This document shows positions 38,143 to 50,035 of a stretch of DNA of 64,000 bases, in pieces. Positions within the stretch are counted from its first letter, which is position 1. The number at the start of each line of letters is the position of its first letter. The notes under the pieces are model-generated. The model had not been told where the DNA came from, ran no database searches, and saw nothing but the letters and a program-made list of their open reading frames with translations. Source of the stretch: Callorhinchus milii. Taxonomy: Eukaryota. The stretch spans positions 130,078,001 to 130,142,000 of the forward strand of contig NW_024704742.1 in the NCBI RefSeq assembly GCF_018977255.1. Direction: 5' to 3'. A program made the position numbers and the translations under genes.

Positions 38143-40057
38143 GATGTCACCCTGATAGAATTCAAATCGGCTTAGAACACTTGATGGAATACACACAGGG
38201 ACCACCCACACAGGAAGAATATGAATTTCTAGAGTAATTCAGTTCTGAGCCATTAAGTCACCACTTGTTTTGTACTGAGCATATTGGTCTTGGGTATTAA
38301 ATAACTGAAAGGAAGGTATTTATCATTTCGTATTGTATGTACACGATTGCAAATCAATATTCCCAGAGCCCATACAAAGTTGATCATCCTAAATAATCCT
38401 TTAATCCTGACATTTTGTATAGCGACTTTCACATTAGGGGGACATCCCAAAGCACTTCACAGGATATACTGTAAAACTGCAGTATCTGTTTAGTTGGTGA
38501 CTCTTGCAGCTCATTTGCACACAGCAATGCTCCACAACCAGCCAAAGTTGACCAAATAGGCAAGGAATGGAGCAGATTTGGCAGCAAGCAAATTTCCACT
38601 ATTAAATGTTTCCAATCTGAACAAGCATAATTCTAAGACGTTTTGGTAAAAAAGTGTGGGTGTGGTGTTTGAGTCAGCTGTCGAAAATAACTAAACCCAC
38701 ATTGGATATGATTCAGCCAGCAACATCCACTAAAATAGTAAATCAGCAGTACTGTTAAAACCACTGTCCACTATCTCTGCTGGTCACACTGCCATTCAGT
38801 GATGCTCATGGTTGTAGCATCTACATCACATCAGTGCCAGACAGGAGAAAAAATACAACGGTTTTCTATTACTTCTGCTCGCTTTGAAAATGAGGAATAT
38901 TCTTCCCCCTCCCCCGTTTCATCAGATCACCTGGACTGACAAACTGTGGTTGTACATCAGTCACAGTGGCACATGTATGTTATTGTATGTCACTCACAAT
39001 CCTGGCCAACAACCCACTCCCCCAGATTAAATTGTTCATTCGCTTCAAGGCTATTTATGGGACGTTGCTGGGCACAAATCAACTGCCAGTTTTGCCCACA
39101 AAATAATACTCGCCCACACTTTGCAGTGAATCCTGTGAAGTGCGTTGAGACAACCCTCCTGGTATGAATCGCTCATGAATTATTATAATAATAATAATTT
39201 ATAATAATAATCATAGTCGTACTTTGAAGAAAACCTTGCTGTTCCTTCTCCAAAATCCTTAAAATGATTCTTAATAAACAGTTACTTTTTTTAAAAAATC
39301 AAATATTTTTGAATACACTTGATCGGCAAATCATAGATGATAGAAACAGAACCGGCATTTCTGGCACTGTGGTAATACGCTCCCCTTTCACTTTCCTCTC
39401 CAGCACTGTTCAATAGCTAACACAGCGAAAGTGAAATGAAGCAAATTTTTCAGACCGGACAACGATCCACAGACATGGATTGAATGTAAGGCAATCTGAA
39501 CTGCACGTCTTGGTTCCACACCCGGCTTTAGCAACTGGACAATCAGAGGAACTCTTTACTTCCAGATTGAACAACAACAAAATTACATTTGCCTACAAAG
39601 TCACCCAACACCTCAAAGTGCTTCACAGATAATTGCTGTCAAGTGTAGTGGTTATGTGCTTGTAATCTCAAATCCCTGCACACTTTATATGGCTCCTTTT
39701 CAAAGGATTGTTCAGCTCCCAGGAGAAGAACTGAAATTAGTTTGGACAGTCTTAGTCACTGAGTCTCTAAAACGCATCATATTTGACAGCCAGACAATGC
39801 TATATTTAGCCACTTCAGTGCACCAGACTGCATTCTGGTTGTGCTGTACTGGCTTTGCAGAGTTAGTTAACTGGATTACAATTTTTAGTGGGCACAAAGT
39901 CAATTTATTACGCTAGCTGCCACAGGCACCCTAACAGCCGGCTTCACTGTCAGGTACTGTTCTTTAGAAGAGCATGAACCTCAGTGGAGGAAAAACACAG
40001 AAACACTCATTAGCGGTATCAGCTGACAGGTTATATCCACATCACATTCGTATCATG

Positions 40058-40430
40058 TCAGTCAAACTCAGTTGGCGTTACTCTCGCCCCTCTACTCGGA
40101 AGGTTATAGGTTCAAACCCCACATAAGAACAGCCTCAATTGACACTGGTTCCAATGCTGTGGGTGAGCTGCACCAATGTTAAACCGAGGTCCTAGCTGCT
40201 AGTTGAGGCGGACGTTAAAGATCCCACTACTTGAAATGAAAAGGGAGTTTCTCCCAGTATTGGCCAACAATTCCCCAGACAAAATTGGTCATTCACTTTA
40301 TGCTGTTGTTGCGACATAGTTGCACATAATTTGTGTGTTGTGTTGACCTACACATTGCAGTCATTACAATAAATCCTGGTGAGGCCTTTTGGAGACATTT
40401 CACGACTTGATAAAGCGCTGTACTTTATTA
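40058..40430 (+). mobile_element. Ancient Deu-domain SINE
   Basis: CTCAGTTGG..CTCTCGCCCCTCTACTCGGAAGGTTATAGGTTCAAACCCCAC..GTTAAACCGAGG..GGACGTTAAAGATCCCA..GGGAGTTTCTCCC. Confidence 0.7.
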
Positions 40431-42070
40431 ATTCATTTTTATTAATAATTATTTATGATTATTATTAAGTAGAACTTAGGCAGGGATAAGCAATTATTCG
40501 ATGGAGAACGCTGGCTCATGTACGTGTTTACTTGTATCATCATCTGTGGAATGCAGACATTCAGGGTGCAGTGTTGCACACTATAAATATTAACATTCTG
40601 CAGTTTTCACTTATTACTTTTGCAGTAGCACACATCTGAAGACATACACTATGTCTTTTCTGGGTACTCCTCCTATGTATTGATATTACACCTTTCAAGT
40701 CGGGAAGCTGTCCCAAAGCATGTCACAATCTATAAAGTCTAGTGACCATATTTTGGAAATGATCGATAGAAGTACAGGTAGATATATTTTCCTCTTCTGC
40801 CCCCCACCCCTCCCCAGCCCCACCTCCTTTGTGTCTGAGTGAAAATCAAGTATTGATATGATGCTCTTAGGTTTTATTTCTAAACTACATACAAATAACT
40901 CGGCTCAATGGTACCTGATCTAGCATACATCACAAACTCAAATAACCTTTATAATAGGTTTCAAAGTAAATCAGTAACTTGATGATTACCTGGGTTAATC
41001 CTCAAGCAGACGTCGACATCAGCATAGATAAATAAGCAAAATATTAAATATTGTGTAGATATGGGAAAGAGTTCAAATACACATCATTAAAAAATGAACC
41101 CAAATTCTTTTGGATGGGCAAAAAAGGAGAGTTTGTAGAATTCCTTTGGCAAAATTAATGTAATTTTAATAATCTCAATATTAATACAATGATTTTTAAC
41201 TAACTAAACACGAACCTGGCCTGAATCCACGTTAGGCCATCGAAAGCGGGTAATCTGAGTTTATTTATTTTCAGTCACTCATCAGTACTAACCAATGTGC
41301 TCATAAAGAAAGCTGGTGTTACTGGAGCAGTAAATCTATAGTACAATTCAACACATGCACGTTTTTGTTAACATCTACAAGCAAGGATAACCACAGTATG
41401 ACCAACTAATTTCTGTTGCAATGCTAGCAGTTCGCTGAATCTAGATTGTAAACCATGGCTTTGCTTTGTTCTATTTGCAACAGGTGTTCTTAGTCGAACT
41501 AGATGAACGATAGTGGTCAAATGCAATTATATCAGGCCAACTGATCTCCATTACAGCTTTCAAATAGCGAGTTGTGTTCCATGACAATGTGCAAAAGGGA
41601 AACATTCACATTGGTAAAACAGGAACACTCTTCAAGGTTAAGGTCGCGGTACTTATTTTAGTAGTGTAGGAGGAACTTTACTGGGTGCTTACCTATCCTA
41701 CATCCAAACTTCAGTGAACTTAGGAATTAGTTGCAAACTTTCTTATCACCACCTTTGCATAAGTAGCTGTTGAAGCAGATTCCACATCAGCATTTAAAAT
41801 TTAATTGGTATGAAGACAAAAATAAATACTGTGAAGAAACGAGCAGAATAATGCGATTGGCGTAGGTAGCTCCAATGGGGAGCTTTCAGAATCAGAAACA
41901 AGGAGTCTACAACTGCTTCCAAACAGAAAGGTTTCTAGAAATCTATTCCATATTGCAAATAAAAGGTTTGAATTCCCAAAACTGAATAATTTACAGTATT
42001 TAGATTTCTGTGGTTATTAACAACGGGTAACTACTCTAGAATAAAGAGGCACAAGATTCAAACCCATTTA

Positions 42071-42575
42071 CAACATAGGAACAGGAGGAGGCGGTTCAGC
42101 CCTTCGAGCCTGTTCCGACATATAATTAGATCATGGCTGATCTGCACCTCAACTAATCCTTTCAATTCCAATTTCCCGCTTTCTCCCCATATCCTTTGAT
42201 ACCCTGACCTACCAAAAATCTATCAACCTCACTCTTGAAGGTGTGGATGGATCCAGCATCCATGGCCTTTTGGGGGAGAGAATTCCAGATTTCGACCACC
42301 GTTTGGGTGAAAAAATACTTCCTGATTTCACTCTTAAATGGGCTGGTTCTGATTTTAAGACTTTGCCCCCTTGTTTTGGATTCCCCACCAGAGAAATAGC
42401 TTCTCTGTATCTACCCTAGCGAATCCCTCTATCATCTTAAACTCCTCAATTAAATCACTCCTCAATCTTCTAAACTCAAGGAAATACAATCCAAGTTTAC
42501 GCAGTCTCTGCTCTTAACTTAACCCTTTAGGCCTTGTAACCTTCTGGTGAATCTGCACTGCACCCACTCCAGGGC
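42071..42575 (-). mobile_element. CR1-type LINE 3' portion
   Basis: Minus strand: VQCRFTR..LRKLGLYFLEFRRLR.D...FFTQ.VV.IWNSLP-like remnant, ending ...CTCCTGTTCCTATGTTG. Confidence 0.8.
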
Positions 42576-43513
42576 ATCAAGTTTGCCATCGACAGCTTCA
42601 AGGGCCGGGGCAAAATAAATGCAACTCCACTAGTTAATGACGTTGGAAAACAAACATGACAACAAAAAAGTCTCCAACAGTAGGATCAACAAAGCAGTGA
42701 GTCTACCTGCCGGGAATAAAGAAGGAGGATCCTGAAAGAGACAGAAATCTATTTGTTTCACTTAGTTATACAGCAAGCTTTTGTGCCTGCAAGTCTTTAC
42801 ATGGCTACATCAAAGCCACTTTCTCAACAAACAACAACAAATTTACATTTATATGTAGCACCTTTCACATCGGGAGGACATCCCAAAGCTCTGGACCGTG
42901 CAAAATTTACACCCCAGCTCCTAAGGAGAACAGGTTTAAACAAGACAGCAAACTGCCTTGCAACCAGTTACAAGGAATATGTTGCTGGGAGCAAGTCACC
43001 TGGTCCTCTCTTCGTCAACGTTGTCAAGGGGTTGGGGGAGGGTGGGGGCAGCAGAGGGAGAGAAGAGGGAGGGGACAGGATATTCATGGACAAAAAGAGA
43101 TGATATCTACGATGAATCCTAGTGAAGGAAAATCAACCGAATCCAATCTTCTGTACATCATGAACTTTTTTTCAAATTAAAATCATTAGCTTTGTAATTG
43201 AGACTCCCGAGTTCAGCCAAGAAACAAATGTCTTTGAGAAACAATCAATACTTATGCAGCGGAAACGCGAGTGTATTTCATCGTCCATCAAAGCCACAGC
43301 AAAGCAAGAAAATGTATTCAGGCTGAGGACTACAGAAGCACTGCTGCACCTCCAGAAGATAGCGATAAGGCCAGCGAAATACTGCTAGGAGCAAAAGAAA
43401 ACAGCAACGCAGAACATGATCTCCTTAAGCAAAGCACCACCTTAGAAACTGAGAATGTAGCAGTACTAGCATCTGCAAGTTTCAAGGCTGTAGGAAAGGA
43501 GATATTTCCGATT

Positions 43514-43705
43514 GTGGAGTTCTGTAGCCCATGTATAGCATATTGGTGAGAGCACTCGCCTCGCAAGCAATAGGACCTTAGGCAAGTTTCCTTGCTCCAC
43601 ATGCCTCTGTTTACCTGGCAGTAAGTAGGAACCCAGTATATTCTGTGAAGCGCTTTGAGATGTCTCAACAACGTGATAAGATACTATATCAAATGCAAGG
43701 ATTAT
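43514..43705 (+). mobile_element. Old long SINE with internal deletions
   Basis: Head and GCCTCTGTTTACCTGGCAGTAAGTAGGAACC joined directly to the CAGTATATTCTGTGAAGCGC tail. Confidence 0.75.
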
Positions 43706-44084
43706 TTTTTTTTAAAATAACTTGGGCTTCAAGATTTTTCTAATATTGAAAAAAGACAACTTTTATCACTAACAAGCCCTTACTAATGCTGGACTCGATT
43801 TATATGACAGACCTGACATTCACTGCTTGCTTCCCCGATTGTCCAGCTCTATTGAGATGCAATCTGAATATTGCAGATGGTTTGAATTTGTCCAGCAACA
43901 CATCCTTTATCCTTCCTGAATGTCACCACTTAGATTAGTACTACAAGATGAACAAACAGGAAGAATGCCTATTCCCAGTTACTAGCCGTATTTCTTACCA
44001 AATCAGCAGTTAATGGTGCTTTTGGTTTGACAGTGCTCAGAAGGATCAGTTTAGTTACAGCAAAACTCAACCAAACTCTATGTT

Positions 44085-44450
44085 TCAAAATGTCAAAAAG
44101 TGCTTCACAGGTTTCACTGTAAAATGTAGTGACTGCATTTTGGACGAACGTAGCAGCCTACTTGTTGCGCGTAGCAATGTCCCACAAACAGCCATGATGT
44201 GAATAACTAATTTTATCTGGAGGATTGTTGGCCAAGACATGGGAAGAAACTCCCTTCTCTTTTCAAATGGTGTCATGAGATCTTCAACATCCACCTAAAT
44301 AGGTAGAAGGATCCTCTGTTTAACAGCTCACCTGAAGGACAGCATCTCTGACAATGCAGGACACGGCTGGCACTGCTCAAGAGCACCAGCCTAGTCTATG
44401 AGTTTAAAGTCCTGACATGGAATATATTACTAACGTAGTCAGGGCTGACA
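44085..44450 (-). mobile_element. Ancient Deu-domain SINE
   Basis: Reverse complement matches 19420-19790 and 40058-40430. Confidence 0.7.
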
Positions 44451-47400
44451 CTTTTTCCACTACAAGAAAGAGAACCCAAACGAGGTTGCAATTACAATCA
44501 TAACTCAACGTGCAGGCACCTCGATAATTAATGTGGCCAACTCACTGTTTAGGTCACTTTTTCCAGTTATTTTTTCTCCCCTTTCATTTGAAATGAAGAG
44601 TAACCAATACCCCAACCTCACCAATGAGGTGACCTCATTAATAGGAGCAGAAAAAGGAAAAAAAAATCTCCAGACTATCCTTAGAGCGCGTTTCCACTGC
44701 ATTCACACTCTTATGCACAAATTACGACTTTGAAAACTGTTGTCCGATTACAGCAAGAGCAAAACACAGACTCCGTGCCAAGCATCACTTCTCTTGACTG
44801 AATTTGAGGATTTGGCCATACTGATATGTCATAACAGGTTATTACAGCTCAGTTGCGGTACAATAACCCGCCAACCTGACCAGTCTTGTGTACAAAACAG
44901 CATCTGCCAGAGCTAAGGTGTGTCAAGGCTTCGCTATCAATAAGCACTGTGCAATACAGTGAACTGATCTATTGCTGCAAAAGATAATGTACCCGTGGAA
45001 GGATCCATTTGCAAAGCCCTCCAAATATCTGCAACCACACAACAAACCTCAGCTACTGTAGAAATACTTTTTAAAAAGGCAATATCTTCTACCTATGGCA
45101 GTGTTGTAATGACTTAATAACCACCTGTGTAATTTTTTTAAAAAAAGACCGGGTGTGTATATTTTGGAGCAATATTCAACTTGATGTAACTTCATGGCTT
45201 TTTGTGTGACATTGCTGTATACAAATTGGCTGCCACTGTTGCCTACAAAACATATAATAATTCTAATAATCCTTGCATCTGATATAGACATCTCAAAATG
45301 CTTCACAGGATATATTGTAAAGTGAATTGACTTTATATACCGTGGGCGCAATATACAGTCAATCCACTTTATATACAGTAAATCCCGTGGAGTGTTTTGA
45401 GACACCCACCCATGTGAAAGGCGCTACATTTTATCAAATTCAAGGATTTTTGTTTATATCCATCTCCAAATACAACTAATCACTGGTGTCTGAACAGCAC
45501 CTCATCAGTTCTAATAGTGAAATTACATTATCCCTCGAGCGCAATGCCTTGCGTAACAAAAATTCTGTTTTTCTTGGCCAGTTATTTTCAATGCTCTCTT
45601 ATTTTTAGAGTACAGTCGATAAACTGTTGGTTGGCCAATATCATTGTTCCAAGCACTGAAACTTAAGTCTCATATTATACCAACTTCTGCATTAATTAAG
45701 ACATGACCCATGTGATTAAGATTTAAAGGCATGTATGAAGAAATTCAACTGAAATAGTGCAGAATGTATTGAAAAAGCTTCCTCAAATTTGTCAATTAGA
45801 CCTGCACCATATACTTAAAAAGTCAGGTTCAAATACAATGTTTATAGTCTGTGGAATTACAGTGTTAGTTACAGTCTTGAACTTACAGTAATACAAGCTG
45901 ATGGCACACAACATTTCCTCTCTCTCTCTCTCCCTTCCTTTTATGGGGCCCCATTTCACAGAGAAAATAATTTAGCTCTATACAATCTGATGGGAATGCC
46001 TCACCATTTCCAAGTTGCCCCATTGCGCGTCTTCCGATTTGATATTTTGTTCTCTTTTTGGGTCAATTCTAATGCTCAGTGCAAGTACACACAACATAAT
46101 TCCAGTGCTGCCTCGATACTGGCAGGTTGGATGTGGAGCTCGTTGCTCTCATTTTGGTGGATTGTTGACCTGGACAACAGGAGAAACCCACTTTTCTTTT
46201 CGAACAGTGACATGGGATCCATTTAATATCCATTTAAACAGGCAAACAGGACATTTAATGCCCTCCCTAAAGGACAGAACCTCCAACAAAGCAGCGCATC
46301 CCTAAGCACTAAAATAGAGCAACAACTTAGATTATGCGAGTTCAAAGACCCAACATGGAGCCTGAACCCCCCCAAACTTCTGACACTGAAGGAAGAATGC
46401 TACCAACTGCGCTAGCCAATCGCTCAAATAAGACTGGAAGAAAATGCCAGCACTCAAATCCCTGAGAGAAAAATAAGATTGCAGCACTGTCCAGCTCCTG
46501 ACTATATGTGTTCAGCGGTGAGGATTTATCACTTTGATTCTTCTGTTGTGAGCACATCACAGTTTGGCCGTTACCAAATATGGAAACCAATGGCAAACAT
46601 GCAACATTTAAAGCAACCCCAGTATATTTTACACACTAGGCCATTCCACCAGGCGTTTTTTTTAAATTACCTAAAGAGGAATTAAACTTCAAGTCAGACA
46701 TAGGCTGTAAATATTTTCTTTGTGAATTTCTCTGAAATCATGTTTCCATACGAGGCCAAGGAGATGTCTCACAGCAGGAAGTGTGTCACAGCACAAACTG
46801 CTGACAATGTCTAAAGCATTCATTCCATACTCTTGGAGTATGAGAGAAAAGGAAGCAGTTGAAGACAGGCAGCACTGAACCAATGCCCACAGCAAACACA
46901 ATGAATACTGTGCTCGGTTTACTCACTTCTGTTCATCGGCCCACACTGTAATTACACGTTGTTAAAGCAGAAGTTCCACCTATTGTAGGTTGCACGCGTT
47001 TGTTAATCTTCCAACTAGATCAGGAGAAAGGTTTGCTACGGATCTGATTTAGTTTTTCCAAAGTTGTGAGATGACTGCAAGCATGCCCGTGTCATTGTGT
47101 GTCAAAGTCAATTTGGCACGCATTCAATGACATTCTGCAACTTTTAATTGATAGATCTACTCTCTTATTCAACATGAACCTAATTTGTCTACATTGGTAA
47201 GGATTTCTTGACGGTGGGAGATAAAGGAAGAGATAGGAATTTACAAGAATATTCCATATTTTTCTCCCCAGTTCAGTGTCAAACTACGCCACCGTTACGT
47301 GGCCCAAAACAGCACCCGTGTGAAGGGTGCTAGTATGAATGCAAATTGTTATATTGCATGATCTTACAGTCACTGAATTTTAAAAATTGTGGCAAGAGCA

Positions 47401-47981
47401 TAATTAAGCAGCACTCTATAACTGGGTCTACACTTTCGCTCCGTTACCTGTGTAATCATCACAGAATTACAACTTTAAAATGAGCAGATTTTTTTCCCGA
47501 AGTGCATAAGCCAAATAGTCTATTGATTTTTTTTTATTCTAATAGGGTCTGGTGTTGTAGAACAAGCCACACTTGCTACAAGTGGGTAATGAAGGTTTCT
47601 TGGACATCAGCCTAGCTCAATGGGTAGCAATTTCATCTCAGGATAAAAAGGTTATGCGATCAAGTTCTCTTTCAGGGACTTTGAGTTCAAGTCTAGGTTG
47701 ACCTTCTAGTTGGGGCACGCTGGATCATTGAAAGCACTCTGTCCTTTGGTTGAGACATTAAAGAGATGTTTGACCTGACTGTTCATGTGAACTTTAAAAT
47801 ATCTTGTAATCATTTTGTTTAAAAAAGTTAAAATTGCATTTTTGTTTTATTACGTTTATTCCAAAATCTTTTTGCCTCTACCTTTTAATCTCTCTTCCAA
47901 TGTGTATCTCAATTTATCCCCTACAAACCACAATCACTTTGAAACGTAATGGAGCTATTCTGATGCTTGAGGAACTTGATA

Positions 47982-48340
47982 GGAGTCCTGTAGCGTAGTG
48001 GTTAGCGCTCTCGCCTCACATGCGAGAAGACCCGGGTTCCATTCCAGGTGGGGTGAAGTCTTAGGCAAGTTTCCTTACTCCACACGCCTTTTTTTAACCT
48101 AGCAGTAAATCAGAACGTGGTTGTTAATCAATTGGCGGATCACTTTTCGGGGGTAATAATTCCTCCAAACAATGAATGATTTGGTCACTCAATCCAAGAT
48201 TGTTTGTAGGACACTGCTGTTGGCTTCCGTGATTCGCCCACAAAATAGTCAATCCACTTTTCAATATATTCTGTGAATCGCTTTGAGATGGCTCAATGAC
48301 ATGCTAAGGCGCTATATGAAATGCAAGGATTATTATTATT
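47982..48340 (+). mobile_element. tRNA-derived SINE, old long subfamily, full length
   Basis: GGAGTCCTGTAGCGTAGTGGTTAGCGC head, extra block at about 48090-48153, (TTA)n tail. Confidence 0.88.
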
Positions 48341-49320
48341 GATTACTGCAATGCACAGCCTTTCCTTGTAACAACTGAAAATGTGAAGACGCAGTCATCC
48401 ACATAGACAAGGGTCTCTGTAGACCTCGCTAAAGTCCATGGGTTCAATGTTCGCAAACATATAAAACTGTTTGGCAGGAGGATACACAGCGTGACCACTT
48501 TGCTGCAGAGCAGTAGGGAAAAATTTACTTGGCTGCATTAGTGTTGCTGCCAAGACTGGAACTGGCTTGGGAGCAGGCCAGCCAGCCAACTGTGGGCCAG
48601 GAGGGATCTGGAAGGAGGAAGTGAGTGTCCATGCCTTTACTGGGGGATTATATGCCCTCAGATATAACATATTGTATACAGCACCCCACCACCCATCCAG
48701 CCCAAGCTGTAACCCCACAAAATAACCTCTATTTTCAGGAGTATTGCTCAGACTGGCTAAGTTCAAAGATGGAAATTCTAATAGCAGGTCACAAGCCCAG
48801 CCAATCCCAACTTCCTGATTTACCACAGTTCTTCCATAAAGAGGGAATTTTCCATGTGGATAACATTCTCCCCTGGTAACAAGCATGGACCTGAGGAGCA
48901 ATATCAGGCGAGAACTGCAAAAATAGCAGAACCAGTTACAGAACCTCAGCTTGGAAGTGACATTATTTATTTGGTAGCTTTACCATCGACCTTGCGGCTC
49001 AGATAAAGGTAGAAGTGACAAACTCGCTTACCGCGCCCACTACATTGGGAAAAATATCATGGCATACAATATGGAGCTGCGTGTATATGAATATGTTTAC
49101 ATGTACCTCAACCCTTCCCTGTCTCCAGAGGCTGAAAGAGCGCTTGAAACTTGGAATCAACAGTCGCCTTTCTTTGTACTGCCACGATGTTGGTTTTGCA
49201 GTTTGCCAGTTCAGTGTGGGTTCCAGAGTGGATATGCATATCATATGCAGCCTACGCATTGATGCTGCATCATCCCATGCATGTTCTGCGCTGAAACCCG
49301 TGCAATAAGCACAATATTGT

Positions 49321-49643
49321 GTGGAGTCCTGTAGCTCAGTGGTTAGAGCACTCGCTTTGCAAGTGAGAGACCTGAGTTCAATTCCAGGCAGAGGGCGAAA
49401 CCTTGGGCAAGTTTCCTTACTCCACACAGAGCCTAATAATAATCCCTCCAAAACTAAAAACAATAATTAAATTGGTCATTTTCAATCTACGACTGTTTGT
49501 GGGACATTGCTGTGCGCAATTGGCTGCCGCGTTCGCCCACAAATATAGTCAATTCACTTTACAGTGTGTTCTGTGAAGCGCTTTGGGACGTCCTCCCGAC
49601 GTGAAAAGCGCTATATCAAATGCAAGGATTATTATTATTATTA
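49321..49643 (+). mobile_element. tRNA-Ala-derived SINE, young short subfamily
   Basis: Full copy starting GTGGAGTCC and ending (TTA)n. Confidence 0.92.
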
Positions 49644-49749
49644 TAGTTCCTACCACAACTACAGCACAGAAGTCACAATGGCTGGAAGGGCAGTATCCAA
49701 TCAGTGGACATTTTTCAATTACACCTCACACCTCCGCTGGCATAAACAT

Positions 49750-50035
49750 TAGCATTTAGATAACTGGCATTGAAGAGATTTGAAGACAAGAGTGAGAATC
49801 TTGAAGTCAATCCATTCTGTGAAAGGTAGCAAGTGGAGCCTAGCAAGGACTGGTGTGACGATGGTATGGAGTTTAGAGCGGGTCAGTATATAGGTAGCGG
49901 AATTTTGAATTAATTGGATTTTGTTGATGGTGGAGCTGGGGAGACCGGCAAATAGTCTAGGGGGGAGGTGACAAAAGCATAGACAAGGGTTTCAGCTGTA
50001 TTGGGTGTGAAATACGGTCAGAAGTGGGCAATGTG
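49750..50035 (-). mobile_element. Older, more diverged L2 ORF2 fragment
   Basis: Degenerate match to the HAFV-SRLDY / LQLIQNSAA / LHWLP region on the minus strand. Confidence 0.5.

Noticed and set aside
49321..49400. tRNA-Ala(TGC) genes at the SINE heads
   Set aside because: Each head continues into a SINE body and (TTA)n tail, the T-stem is disrupted in young copies, and copies are dispersed and mutated. They are SINE promoters, not tRNA genes.
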